Of a stretch of 39,245 nt of DNA, positions 17,416-27,285 are shown piece by piece. The notes beneath the pieces are model-generated. The model was not told where the DNA came from and did no database searches. It was given only the letters and a program-made list of their open reading frames with translations. Source of the DNA: Fidelibacterota bacterium. Its GTDB lineage: Bacteria > Fidelibacterota > Fidelibacteria > Fidelibacterales > DSDE01. A program made the translations under genes and the position numbers. Within the stretch, counting starts at the first letter, position 1. Every line of letters begins with the position of its first letter. The stretch lies in contig JBJKQR010000011.1 of NCBI GenBank assembly GCA_046735395.1, positions 1 through 39,245 of the forward strand. The letters run 5' to 3'.

Positions 17416-18746
17416 AATGATTTCAGGGCGCCTATGTAGCGGTCCAGATCTTCGCGGCGGCGCTTTTCCGTCACCGCGACCAGCAGTTCGTTGCGCCGTT
17501 CGGGGAAGGTGTCGGACAGGGGAATTCCTGCGAAGATCCCGTGCTCGGCATAGAGTTTTTCTGTCAGTTCCTTGGCCGGGATCGGTGTTTTAATTGTAAA
17601 TTCCTTGAAGAAAGGCCTGTCGCTGACAGCTGAAAATCCGTTTATTTTACACATTTCGTCATGCAGATAGTGCGCTTTCCGGGTCGAGAGTTCGGCCACC
17701 TGTTTCAGGCCATGCTTCCCCATCAGCGCCAGATAAACCGTTGCGGCCAGTGCATTGAGCCCCTGGTTGGAACAGATATTTGAGGTCGCCTTTTCCCGGC
17801 GGATATGCTGTTCGCGGGTCTGCAGGGTAAGGACGAATCCCTTGCGTCCCTGCGTATCGCTTGTGGCGCCGATGATGCGGCCGGGCATTTTACGGATATA
17901 GGCTTTTTTTGCGGCGAAGATTCCCAGATAGGGCCCGCCGAAGGAGCGGTGATTTCCGAGCGCCTGCCCTTCGGCAAACACGATATCAGCGCCGTAATCA
18001 CCCGGGGATTTGAGAATTCCCAGACTGACGGGGTCGGTTCCCATAATGAGCAGAGCGCCTTTTTCCGCAGCGAGGGAGGCGACTTTTGCCGCTTCCTCCA
18101 TATACCCGAAATAATTCGGACTCTGCAGCACCACCGCCGCTGTGTCATCATCCAGCAGAGTGATGAGCGCTTTCAGATCCACATTGAATCCGTCGGATGC
18201 CACGGTGACCAGGGTCAGCCCCAGCGAAGCGGCATAGGTATCCAGCACCTGCCGGTAGGCCGGATTCAGTGTGGCCGGAACCAGAATTTTTGATTTGTTC
18301 CGCACATGAGAGGCCATCATGACCGCTTCCGCGAGCGCGGTTGCCCCGTCATACATGGACGCATTGGCCACATCCATTCCCGTGAGAGCACAGATCATGG
18401 ACTGATATTCATACATGGCCTGCAGTGTACCCTGGGATACTTCCGCCTGGTAGGGCGTGTAGGCGGTATAGAATTCGGAACGTCCGATGATAAAATCCAC
18501 CACGGCCGGAATATAGTGGTCGTAGGATCCGCCACCGAGAAAATTCAGACTGCTGCTGTCATTTTTAGATGCGATGCTTCGGATTTCATCCAGCAGTTCC
18601 AATTCCGACAGGGGCCGGGGAAGATCCAGTTTCTGACTGGTTCCGAGGACAGCAGGAATTCCGCTCAGCAGATCCTCATAACGGGCAACACCGATCAGCT
18701 TCAGCATATCCTGAAGCTGTTCATCAGAATTGGGGAAGTAATTCAT
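17412..18746 (-). CDS. gcvPA: Glycine dehydrogenase (decarboxylating) subunit 1
   Basis: FLGGGSYDHYIP, EFYTAYTPYQAEVSQG, NASMYDG, LTLQTREQHIRREKATSNICSNQ. Confidence 0.95.
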   Translation of the reverse strand: MNYFPNSDEQLQDMLKLIGVARYEDLLSGIPAVLGTSQKLDLPRPLSELELLDEIRSIASKNDSSSLNFLGGGSYDHYIPAVVDFIIGRSEFYTAYTPYQAEVSQGTLQAMYEYQSMICALTGMDVANASMYDGATALAEAVMMASHVRNKSKILVPATLNPAYRQVLDTYAASLGLTLVTVASDGFNVDLKALITLLDDDTAAVVLQSPNYFGYMEEAAKVASLAAEKGALLIMGTDPVSLGILKSPGDYGADIVFAEGQALGNHRSFGGPYLGIFAAKKAYIRKMPGRIIGATSDTQGRKGFVLTLQTREQHIRREKATSNICSNQGLNALAATVYLALMGKHGLKQVAELSTRKAHYLHDEMCKINGFSAVSDRPFFKEFTIKTPIPAKELTEKLYAEHGIFAGIPLSDTFPERRNELLVAVTEKRRREDLDRYIGALKSL

Positions 18747-18747
18747 A

Positions 18748-19125
18748 TTAACCTACGAATTCCTCATAAGCCTTTGCATCCATGAGAGCATCGGCTTCAG
18801 CCGCTGTACTCATCTTGATGCGGATGATCCATCCGGCGCCGTAGGGATCGTCATTGACGGATTCCGGTTCACCATCCAGACCTTCGTTGATTTCAATGAC
18901 TTCGCCGGAAACGGGAGAGATGATATCCGCAACGGTCTTCACGGCTTCCACCGTTCCGAAAACCGTATCCTTCGTCACCGCCGATCCGAGCTCAGGCATT
19001 TCAACAAAGACGATGTCTCCCAGTTCGGACTGTGCGAAATCGGTAATTCCCAGCGTCGCAACATCGCCATCAACCCTGATCCATTCATGGTCACGGGTGT
19101 ACTTGAGATCAGATGGAAAATTCAT
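18748..19125 (-). CDS. gcvH: Glycine cleavage system H protein
   Basis: YTRDHEW, GITDFAQSELGDIVFVE, lipoyl motif EAVKT, NDDPYGAGW. ATG 19125 follows an AGGAG RBS. Confidence 0.95.
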   Translation of the reverse strand: MNFPSDLKYTRDHEWIRVDGDVATLGITDFAQSELGDIVFVEMPELGSAVTKDTVFGTVEAVKTVADIISPVSGEVIEINEGLDGEPESVNDDPYGAGWIIRIKMSTAAEADALMDAKAYEEFVG

Positions 19126-19174
19126 ACTCAACTCCTCATAAAATATTAAAATGGAGAACAGGGACGATTATCCC

Positions 19175-20536
19175 TCATTCCTCCTGTTTTTTGTATTCAA
19201 AGGTCTCCAGAAAAGCGGTGTCGAAATCACCGCTGATAAAATCCGGATGAGCCAGGATCTGCTGCTGAAAGGGGATGGTCGTCTTCAGGCCTTCGATCAC
19301 CGTTTCCTCAAGGGCTCTCTGCATACGGTTGATGGCCGATTCCCGGTCATGGCCCTGAACAATCACCTTGGCGATCATGGAGTCGTAATAGGGGGGAATC
19401 TGGTAACCGCCGTAAGCGTGGCTGTCCACCCTGACTCCGGATCCGCCCGGCATGTGGAAGGTATTGATCTGCGCGGCGTTGGGACGGAAATTGTTATCCG
19501 GATCCTCCGCGTTGACACGGCACTCGATGGCATGTCCGCGCAGCTTGTAATTCTTCATTTCCGGAGGAAGACGGAATCCGTCGGCAATCTGTATCTGCTT
19601 TTTGACCAGATCCATACCGATGACCATTTCGGTCACCGGATGCTCAACCTGAATACGCGTATTCATTTCCATGAAATAGAAGTCACCATTGGCATCCAGC
19701 AGAAATTCGATGGTTCCGGCACCTACATATCCGGCTTCCGTGCCGCCCTTGACAGCCACATCCTGAAGTTTTTTGCGAATTTCCGGCGTCACGGCCGGTG
19801 ACGGGCTTTCCTCAATAAGTTTCTGATGCCGTCTCTGAATCGAACATTCCCGTTCGCCCAGCGCAACCACGTTCCCGTGGCTGTCGCCCAGGATCTGCAC
19901 CTCCACGTGGCGGGGCTTCACGATATATTTTTCCAGATACATGTCCCCGTTTCCGAACGCGGTTTTCGCCTCGGCAGACGCTGTCGTGAGCGCGGTCCTG
20001 ATCTCGGAAGCCTGACGGACAATACGCATGCCCCGGCCGCCTCCGCCGGCGCTGGCTTTCAGGATGATGGGGTATCCGATAACTTCAGCCAGTTTTTCCA
20101 CTTCCTCTACCGTATGAACGATGCCCTCACTGCCCGGAATGACCGGAACACCTGCATTCTTCATGGTAGCTTTCGCCGAGGCTTTGTCACCCATGGAGCG
20201 AATAACGTCAGATGAGGGTCCGATGAAGATAATATTATTTTCCTTGCAGATATCGGCAAACTCGGCATTTTCCGCCAGAAATCCGTATCCGGGATGAATG
20301 GCATCCGCATTGGTCAGTTCCGCGGCGGAAATGATCTGAGGAACATTCAGATATGACAGAGCAGACTGGGGCGGGCCGATGCAGACGGCTTCATCCGCAA
20401 ACCGGACATGCAGGGAATATTGGTCTGCGGTGCTGTACACCGCCACGGTCTTTATCCCCAGTTCATGACAGGCGCGAATAATCCGCAGCGCGATCTCTCC
20501 ACGGTTCGCGATCAGTATTTTCTTGATATTTCCCAT
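19175..20536 (-). CDS. accC: Acetyl-CoA carboxylase biotin carboxylase subunit
   Basis: [57 protein letters not shown]. Confidence 0.95.
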   Translation of the reverse strand: MGNIKKILIANRGEIALRIIRACHELGIKTVAVYSTADQYSLHVRFADEAVCIGPPQSALSYLNVPQIISAAELTNADAIHPGYGFLAENAEFADICKENNIIFIGPSSDVIRSMGDKASAKATMKNAGVPVIPGSEGIVHTVEEVEKLAEVIGYPIILKASAGGGGRGMRIVRQASEIRTALTTASAEAKTAFGNGDMYLEKYIVKPRHVEVQILGDSHGNVVALGERECSIQRRHQKLIEESPSPAVTPEIRKKLQDVAVKGGTEAGYVGAGTIEFLLDANGDFYFMEMNTRIQVEHPVTEMVIGMDLVKKQIQIADGFRLPPEMKNYKLRGHAIECRVNAEDPDNNFRPNAAQINTFHMPGGSGVRVDSHAYGGYQIPPYYDSMIAKVIVQGHDRESAINRMQRALEETVIEGLKTTIPFQQQILAHPDFISGDFDTAFLETFEYKKQEE

Positions 20537-21015
20537 TATTCAATCCGGATCAGAGGTGTTCCGAATTCAACGGGCTCACCATTTTCAATCAGAATTTCCC
20601 GGACGATGCCCTGATGCTCCGATTCAATTTCATTCATGATTTTCATGGCTTCAATAATGCAGAGCGTCTGTCCCTTGCTCACCGTATCGCCTACCTTGAC
20701 AAAAGCCGGCTCATCCGGGGCCGGTGACCGGTAAAAGGTTCCCACAATGGGGCTTTTCAGGATATTGCCGGCGGGTGCAGCTGCTTCCGGAGCGGAGGCA
20801 GGAGCCGCGGCGGCCTGCGGAGCAGACACAGGAGCCTGGGGCTGAGCGGCAACCGGAGCCGCAATGGAGGACGGGGTATGATAAACCATTTCCCGGGCGT
20901 TGATGGGCGGATTCTTCGTAATTCGGATCTTTTTGCCCCAACGCGAAAATTCTATTTCATGCACGTTGCTTTCATCTACCAGCTGAACCAGCCGTCGGAT
21001 TAAATTTTCATTCAT
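20536..21015 (-). CDS. accB: Biotin carboxyl carrier protein
   Basis: Ala/Pro-rich linker, SPIVGTFY and biotinylation motif EAMKIMNEI. Confidence 0.95.
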   Translation of the reverse strand: MNENLIRRLVQLVDESNVHEIEFSRWGKKIRITKNPPINAREMVYHTPSSIAAPVAAQPQAPVSAPQAAAAPASAPEAAAPAGNILKSPIVGTFYRSPAPDEPAFVKVGDTVSKGQTLCIIEAMKIMNEIESEHQGIVREILIENGEPVEFGTPLIRIE

Positions 21016-21033
21016 AGTTCCCTCGATTTCACG

Positions 21034-21597
21034 TTATTTTTTAGCGCGTTCCAGATAGTCTCCGGTACGGGTATCGATCTTGATCAAGTCTCCCTCATTG
21101 ACAAAGATCGGAACATTGACCTGAAGTCCCGTTTCGAGCACAGCAGGCTTATTCACATTGGTTGCCGTATCTCCCCGGACTCCCGGTTCGGTCTGCGTCA
21201 CTTCCAATACGACAGCCGACGGGATTTCGATTCCGACCGGCTTGTCCTGATAGGTCATGACTTTAATGATCTGGTTTTCCTTGATGTAATTCATATCATC
21301 ACCCAGGACATCTTTCGGAATGGGATTCTGATCAAAGGTCTCCTGATCCATGAAATAATAATTGTCCCCATCTGTATACAGATATTCCATTTCCCGGGCT
21401 TCAATTCTGGCTTCATCAATTTTTTCACCGGACCGGAAGGTGTTTTCCAGCACCTGGCCCGTAACAATGTTTTTCAGTTTGGTCCGGACGACAGCACCCG
21501 CCCGTCCCATCTTGCTGTGCTGATAACTGATAATCTTACAGAGAGCCCCATTATACATAATGACCATCCCTGTTCTAAAATCTGCTGTTGTTGCCAC
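21034..21597 (-). CDS. efp: Translation elongation factor P
   Basis: TEPGVRGDT, KPAVLETG, IKIDTRTGDY. Likely GTG start at 21597 after an AGGAG RBS. The tip loop reads KMGRAG. Confidence 0.95.
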   Translation of the reverse strand: MATTADFRTGMVIMYNGALCKIISYQHSKMGRAGAVVRTKLKNIVTGQVLENTFRSGEKIDEARIEAREMEYLYTDGDNYYFMDQETFDQNPIPKDVLGDDMNYIKENQIIKVMTYQDKPVGIEIPSAVVLEVTQTEPGVRGDTATNVNKPAVLETGLQVNVPIFVNEGDLIKIDTRTGDYLERAKK

Positions 21598-21795
21598 ATT
21601 TTCTCCTGTTTTATCCTGCAAAATTAAAAATCATTCAGCATTTAAACAATAGAATTATAGTATCTGCCGCCCGGCCGGGCCCCTGCTTTCTCTGTAAATG
21701 TGACGTAAAACGGAACCGGCCATTCCCCGGGCCCGCACGCAGAAAATCATGCTGAGAGGTTCTTCCCGGGTTTCGAAAAAACCCACATGAACGGT

Positions 21796-21823
21796 AAAAG
21801 CCCCGGAGCGGTCCGGAGCTTTT
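21796..21823 (-). terminator. Probable intrinsic terminator (potentially bidirectional)
   Basis: AAAAGCCCCGGA-GCGG-TCCGGAGCTTTT hairpin about 70 bp downstream of the 21893-22249 gene. Confidence 0.55.
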
Positions 21824-21892
21824 GATCCGCGTGCCATGGTAACAATACTTAGTTTGAAGGATGGTGTGCGACAGCGGGTGTCGCCACGAAAA

Positions 21893-22249
21893 TCACTCTT
21901 TCCGCTTTGAGTCCTCCGAATCGGATTTTTTATCCGACAACAGATAGGCCAGTCCCAGGGCAACGAAAAGCAGGCCCCAGGTCGCACTGGCCAGATTTGC
22001 ATTCACCCACAGCGCGATAGCGAGAGCAATACCGAAAAACAGAGCCAAAAACCCGCGTTTCCGGTAATCCGGCTTCGGCGGATTCAGATGGAGATCCGGA
22101 ATCGCCGTCCCCATCTCAATGGCCTTGATAACCTGTTCGGACAGCAGCGCCTTCTTGCGGTATTCCGTGTACAGATAATACACCGCGACAAATACAACGC
22201 CTCCCGCGATGGCCACACCACCCAGTATTCCCATTATTCCTTCAGTCAT
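21893..22249 (-). CDS. Small membrane protein, DUF6249-like
   Basis: N-terminal TM helix, KAIEMG linker and two C-terminal TM helices; GGAGG RBS. Confidence 0.65.
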   Translation of the reverse strand: MTEGIMGILGGVAIAGGVVFVAVYYLYTEYRKKALLSEQVIKAIEMGTAIPDLHLNPPKPDYRKRGFLALFFGIALAIALWVNANLASATWGLLFVALGLAYLLSDKKSDSEDSKRKE

Positions 22250-22348
22250 TTCAACCTCCCAGTTTGTTTACATGTATGACTGAGACATTTTCATTTTTGT
22301 TGCATCTTTATCTGTTTTCGGAAATTTTTCGCGTAAACAGATCGGTAT

Positions 22349-23506
22349 TCAGAATAATTTGTAGAGAAACGCCAGACTGATACCCAGATAATTTCCTGCC
22401 GCATAGCCGATGATCCCGGTTGTAAGTCCCGACAGGATGAGAGCCCGGTTGTCGAGGGCTGCCGTCACCGCCGGAACAAAAGGCGGGGAACAGATGGCTG
22501 ATACGGAAGTGACCAGAAAGGTGTCCGTATCAATCCGAAACAGCTTGCACAGGAGAGCATGAAGGATAAAGGATATAAATACCGCCAGAAACACGAAGGC
22601 AAAAATTTTCGGATCCGGATGAGTGAACTGACGGAAATCCGCCATGGAGGCGACCACGAGGGAAAAGACATAAATGAGGTACATCCCGGCCGGAAAACTG
22701 TGCGGAATCTGCCGAATCCGCCCGTTGAAGGACAGGAGAATGGCAAACGTGGAGATCAGCAGGATGCTCAGGGCAGTTTTATTTTCAACAGGAATGAGCT
22801 GTCCCACACCAAGTGACAGTCCCACCACAGCAATGGATGCAATCAATCCTTTCAGCAGCGGAAGCCAGGCCCTTTCACCGACCATGTCAACATAGGGCTG
22901 AATTTCATCTCCCGTCTCCGCATTCAGACTGATTTCCCGAAGCGAAGTCTGTCCCGAATCCCTGAAAGGGATGAGGAACCGGTTGAACAGCTTCTGGGCA
23001 ACGGAAAGCACGAACAGCAGGTACACCACACCGGCCAGCAGGTCATAGCTGTGAAACATGAGATAACGGGTGCTGTCCACCTGAAGCGCGGTCTTGATGG
23101 CGGCCAGATTCGGCGTTCCTCCGGTGTAGAGCCCTATAGCCATCCCGGACAGCTGCCAGGCATCCGGAATTCCGTGTCGGAAAAACATCATGAGCAGCAG
23201 CGAAATCACGACAATTGAAAATGCTGCCAGCACCATGGACAGCATGGACTTGGCGGCGAGTCTCGACCACTGTCTCACATCCAGAGAAAAGAGAAGCAGC
23301 GGCAGAGACAGGGCAATGGTCACATCGGAAAAGGTGGACTGCAGGCCCTGCGCGCCCGACATCAGCCCCGTATTCCCAAGTATGAGGCCCGCCACATAAC
23401 AGAGGATGATGGGCGAGATCCTTCTCAGTTTTTCATAGCGTACGGACAGATACAGAATCAGCGCGGGCAGTAGAAGAAACAAAAGGGATATCAGTACAGG
23501 TTTCAT
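22349..23506 (-). CDS. DUF819 family membrane protein
   Basis: Polytopic; LPLLLFSLD, GLYTGGTPNLAA, SPPFVPAV and GIIGYAAGNYLG motifs. Confidence 0.8.
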   Translation of the reverse strand: MKPVLISLLFLLLPALILYLSVRYEKLRRISPIILCYVAGLILGNTGLMSGAQGLQSTFSDVTIALSLPLLLFSLDVRQWSRLAAKSMLSMVLAAFSIVVISLLLMMFFRHGIPDAWQLSGMAIGLYTGGTPNLAAIKTALQVDSTRYLMFHSYDLLAGVVYLLFVLSVAQKLFNRFLIPFRDSGQTSLREISLNAETGDEIQPYVDMVGERAWLPLLKGLIASIAVVGLSLGVGQLIPVENKTALSILLISTFAILLSFNGRIRQIPHSFPAGMYLIYVFSLVVASMADFRQFTHPDPKIFAFVFLAVFISFILHALLCKLFRIDTDTFLVTSVSAICSPPFVPAVTAALDNRALILSGLTTGIIGYAAGNYLGISLAFLYKLF

Positions 23507-24177
23507 CTTCGGATCTCCCCCGCAACCGGAAATTCAAAATAGGTTTTGGGAAACGGTTCCGGATCCAGCCTGAAATGCCACCATTCCTCGTCCAGGCTGC
23601 GGAACCCGTGTTTGACCATCAATGTCTGCAGAAGCATCCGGTTTGCCCGTGCCTGAGCATTTATTTTTTCGCATCCGGGATGAGACAGCAGTGAAAAGAA
23701 GTCGAAGGGACTGCCCATATCCAGATCCCGGCCGCTTTTCAGGTCGATCAGCGTCAGATCCACCGTGGATCCGCGGCTGTGGCCGCTGTGACTGGCAATA
23801 TAACCCTTGCTGAACAGATCCTTCTTATCCACATCGGGATAAAATTCCCGTTTCATGGTGGTGTCCGCAAGGTCCCGGGCCCATCTGACAAAATGGTCCA
23901 CTGCCGGCTGAGGCCGATAGGCATCGTAGATCTTCAGGCCGAGTCCGAAGGCCCGGCATTCGTCCTGAACGCCCTTGAGGGCCGTAGCTGCCTCCCGCGT
24001 CAAAATCAGGGATGAATCCTGATAGCCATCCACGGTGCAGCCCAGGAAATTATGAGAACCGGCATAGCGCAGATCCACGGCAATATCGGGAATGAGTTCC
24101 CGCACAAAGACAAAATCCTTCGGAAGTGCTGCGCCGAGTGAAACGGCAAAAATAAACAGAAAACTGATTTTCTTCAT
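23503..24177 (-). CDS. ddpX: D-alanyl-D-alanine dipeptidase (VanX/DdpX, peptidase M15D) with signal peptide
   Basis: DLRYAGSHNFLG, IYDAYRPQ, SGHSRGSTVDLT, DMGSPFDFF, EEWWHF. Confidence 0.88.
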   Translation of the reverse strand: MKKISFLFIFAVSLGAALPKDFVFVRELIPDIAVDLRYAGSHNFLGCTVDGYQDSSLILTREAATALKGVQDECRAFGLGLKIYDAYRPQPAVDHFVRWARDLADTTMKREFYPDVDKKDLFSKGYIASHSGHSRGSTVDLTLIDLKSGRDLDMGSPFDFFSLLSHPGCEKINAQARANRMLLQTLMVKHGFRSLDEEWWHFRLDPEPFPKTYFEFPVAGEIRR

Positions 24178-24255
24178 GCTTTCCCTCCTCTGTGGCAGTT
24201 CGGGGCCGTACCGGAATGAGCATCGCGTGCGGCCGGAACGATACGCGTCACGGTT

Positions 24256-25461
24256 TCAGGGCCTCAGCCATTTTTCCGGGTTCAGCTTCGTCTGCTGGTC
24301 CCAGATTTCAAAATGGAGAATATTGCCTTCATCCAGTCCCTCATAGGAAACCTTGGCAATAACCTGCCCCGATGTCACATATTCATTTTCAGAGACCAGC
24401 ACATTGCTGACCCGCGTATACACGGTATAATAATCTTCACCATGGTGAATGATGATGGTATTGCCATAGCCCCTCAGCCACGTCACCGTGGTCACCAGCC
24501 CGTCCATGATGGATTGAACCGGTGTTCCCTCCCGGACCTTGATGTCCACGCCCGTATTTTCCGTGATGGTTTTCAGGACGGGATGCTCGTGTTTTCCGAA
24601 ACTGCCCACGATGGTACCGGGCGCCGGCCAGGGCAGTTCGCCCTTCAGCGCCTTGAAGGAATTCTTATCCGTGATGGTGATGGACCTCAGAGCTCTCTGC
24701 CGCTCCAGCTCGCGAAGCCGTTCATTTTTTTCCTTTTCCAGACGGGAAATGAATTTCTGAATTTCCTTGAGGGAATTTTCCTTTTCACGGACCAGCCGCG
24801 TGTAGAGGCTGGTGTTTTTCCGGATTTCCCGCAGACGGGTCTCCCGTTTCGATTTCAGGGATCTGAGCTGCTTCTGTTCATTATTCAGATCCGCGATACT
24901 CGTCTGCAGTTTGTCCGTTTCTTCCCGGATCATCTGTGTCTGCGTATCAATGGCCGCCATCAGATCGCGGATCTCGTAGAAAAGCTTCTTTTCGGACTGG
25001 TTGATGGCATTCAGATATTTCAGGCGATAATAGAACTGTTTCAGCCCCTTGGATGAAAACAGCAGCTCGAGGATATCATTGTTATGCTGCTTGTAGCCGC
25101 GGACGACCCGTTTCCGATAGCGCTCGATCAGCTCGGTCTTCCGCTGCATATTGTCCGCTTTTTCCTTCTCCAGATAATTGAGTTTTTCCTTCCGCAGCTC
25201 CATTTCGCGGCTGATGGAACGGATCTTCAGGTCGATGAGCTCGATCTTCTTGTCACTGCGGTCCAGTTCATCCAGAACCGAACTTTCATTGCTGCGGCTG
25301 GCCTTGATGTCCTCCTGCAGCGAATTGATCTCCTGCTCAAGCACATCCACCTGATCATTCTGATTCTTGATCTTCAGATCGTATTCCTCAATTGTATCCG
25401 CCATCAGGCAGGCCACCGATATCAGACCGGCTGCAAGGAGAATTTGCCAGCGTCGAAACAT
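24256..25461 (-). CDS. envC: Murein hydrolase activator EnvC family (coiled coil + degenerate M23 domain)
   Basis: Signal peptide, long coiled coil, KGELPWPAPG. The M23 domain lacks catalytic histidines (NTGVDI, TVYTR) and retains LHFEIW. Confidence 0.8.
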   Translation of the reverse strand: MFRRWQILLAAGLISVACLMADTIEEYDLKIKNQNDQVDVLEQEINSLQEDIKASRSNESSVLDELDRSDKKIELIDLKIRSISREMELRKEKLNYLEKEKADNMQRKTELIERYRKRVVRGYKQHNNDILELLFSSKGLKQFYYRLKYLNAINQSEKKLFYEIRDLMAAIDTQTQMIREETDKLQTSIADLNNEQKQLRSLKSKRETRLREIRKNTSLYTRLVREKENSLKEIQKFISRLEKEKNERLRELERQRALRSITITDKNSFKALKGELPWPAPGTIVGSFGKHEHPVLKTITENTGVDIKVREGTPVQSIMDGLVTTVTWLRGYGNTIIIHHGEDYYTVYTRVSNVLVSENEYVTSGQVIAKVSYEGLDEGNILHFEIWDQQTKLNPEKWLRP

Positions 25462-25506
25462 GGGCTAAAATTATTCGTATTTTCATGGATTCCCAAGTAC
25501 TTTCCC

Positions 25507-25535
25507 TTGACATGAAAAGCCCGAATACCTAATTT
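25507..25535 (+). promoter_or_regulatory. Putative sigma70 promoter of the cNMP/AI-2E operon
   Basis: Perfect TTGACA (25507-25512), 17-bp spacer, TAATTT (25530-25535); AGGAG RBS before ATG 25560. Confidence 0.6.
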
Positions 25536-25559
25536 GATGCCACAATCAGGAGACCGAGT

Positions 25560-26090
25560 ATGGGAGATATCCTCTGGACGACGAGCTTCCTCAAACGGAA
25601 AAGCAAGGAAGCCCGGAAAGTTGAAGTGCTGGAAAAAGCCGAAATTTTTCACGGATTGAGCAAGAAAGAATTATTCGAAGTGGAAAAAGCCACTTACACA
25701 CGGGTCTATGAAGCGGGAGAATACATATTCCGCAAGGACAATCCGGGAGACGGCATGTACATCATCATGGAAGGGACCGTCCAGATTGTGGATACGAGAC
25801 TGGGCAGCGAAGAGGAAGTACTCCTCGTCGCTCTGCAGAACGGCGATTTCTTCGGGGAATTGTCCCTGCTGGACGAATCCCCCCGCAGCGCCTCGGCAAA
25901 ATGTTCCCGGCGCACGGAAGCCATCAGTTTTTTCCGTGCCGACCTCATGGATATCCTCAACCGCCGGCCCATCATCGGTTCAAAAATTATAATGAATGTG
26001 GCCCGGGTGCTCGCTGAACGTCTGCGGGCCACAAATCTCCGGCTGAATGAACTGGAAAGCAAAATCGAGCAGGTAGATAATGAGCAATAA
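25560..26090 (+). CDS. Stand-alone cyclic-nucleotide-binding domain protein
   Basis: GDGMYIIMEGTV and GDFFGELSLLDESPRSASA phosphate-binding cassette; no C-terminal Crp HTH. Confidence 0.88.
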   Translation: MGDILWTTSFLKRKSKEARKVEVLEKAEIFHGLSKKELFEVEKATYTRVYEAGEYIFRKDNPGDGMYIIMEGTVQIVDTRLGSEEEVLLVALQNGDFFGELSLLDESPRSASAKCSRRTEAISFFRADLMDILNRRPIIGSKIIMNVARVLAERLRATNLRLNELESKIEQVDNEQ

Positions 26091-27150
26091 TCAGAAATTC
26101 ATTCTTCGCCTCATCCTGGCCGGTGCGGCGATTGCTGCCTTTCTGTATATTCTGCCGAAAATTTCCGGCATCATCATCATCATTGTCCTGGCCATTCTGT
26201 TCTATACCATTCTCGACCCTCTCGTTGACCGACTCGAACGCTTTAATCTGAGCCGTGCGCTTTCCACGCTCCTCACCCTGCTGGTAATCTTCCTGGTCAT
26301 CGGATCCGGTATCAGCGCGCTCATTCCCATTTTCAACGATGCCTGGAAAACAACCAGTGACGCCCTCGGCGGTGAAAGCATCACCCAGCAGATCGAAAAA
26401 TTCAGCACCGTCGTCAATGATAATATCTCCTTTATTACCATTCCGGAGGACACGAACGAAAAAGTGATGAGCTTCATCTCCGACTTCATCAAATCGGATC
26501 TGCCCGGCTTCCTGCTGGATGTGTCTAAAATCATCGGTTCGGTTCTGTCCAATCTCTTCTTCGTCATCTTCACCACCTTTTTCCTGCTCAAGGATGAACG
26601 GCGGATTAAAAAAGCCATCATCCGGCTGGTGCCCAACCGGCACTTTGAGCTGTCGCTGAACCTGATGTACAAGATTCAGGCACAGCTGGCCTCCTATCTG
26701 CAGGGCCAGTTCATCGCAGCCATGTCCGTGGGTGTCCTGTCCACCATCGGACTGCTGCTGCTGAACCTCTTTCTCCATGCCGGGATCAGCTATGCGGTCG
26801 TTATCGGTGTCTGGGCCGGCCTGGCCAACCTCATTCCCTACGTGGGCCCCATTGCCGGAGCCGTCCCCGCCATTCTGATCGTGATTTTTAACGGTGCTCC
26901 CAATGTCCTCGTCATCATTGTCAGCATCATTATCATGTTCATGCTCGTTCAGATGATCGACAATATTTTCGTTTCACCCCTCGTGGTCGGAAAATCCGTG
27001 GACATGCATCCCCTCACCGTGTTTCTCGTCCTGCTCATCGGCGGCAATGTCATGGGACTGCTGGGAATGATGTTTGCCGTTCCTGTCGCAGGGATCATCA
27101 AAGTCACTTCCAGCGAAATTCTCAACAGCGCCGGCAAATACAAAGTGTAA
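26080..27150 (+). CDS. AI-2E (PerM/TqsA) family transporter
   Basis: FFLLKD, YLQGQ, NLIPYVGP, QMIDN...SPLVVGKSVDMHP, GMMFAVP. Confidence 0.9.
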   Translation: MSNNQKFILRLILAGAAIAAFLYILPKISGIIIIIVLAILFYTILDPLVDRLERFNLSRALSTLLTLLVIFLVIGSGISALIPIFNDAWKTTSDALGGESITQQIEKFSTVVNDNISFITIPEDTNEKVMSFISDFIKSDLPGFLLDVSKIIGSVLSNLFFVIFTTFFLLKDERRIKKAIIRLVPNRHFELSLNLMYKIQAQLASYLQGQFIAAMSVGVLSTIGLLLLNLFLHAGISYAVVIGVWAGLANLIPYVGPIAGAVPAILIVIFNGAPNVLVIIVSIIIMFMLVQMIDNIFVSPLVVGKSVDMHPLTVFLVLLIGGNVMGLLGMMFAVPVAGIIKVTSSEILNSAGKYKV

Positions 27151-27285
27151 CCGCGGCCCCGATGCGGGCCTCTTCCATTTTTTTTCAATAATTCATAAAT
27201 CTGCGTCTGCTGCGGCAGAATCTCAGAGTCTGCAGCCGGAGAGCACAGAATCCTGCTGACGATCAGGGCGGATAGCCCGAAGATC

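Noticed and set aside
21655..22002. Minus-strand ORF vaguely reminiscent of RNase P protein, or an ncRNA upstream of efp
   Set aside because: It lacks the conserved RNR motif, overlaps another gene and spans a terminator-like hairpin. No recognisable RNA family.
23503..24177. vanX as a vancomycin-resistance determinant
   Set aside because: No vanH/vanA/vanRS neighbours; DdpX-type homologues are widespread housekeeping enzymes.
24256..24620. Missing M23 catalytic histidines as a sign of pseudogenisation
   Set aside because: A degenerate M23 domain is the normal state of EnvC activators.
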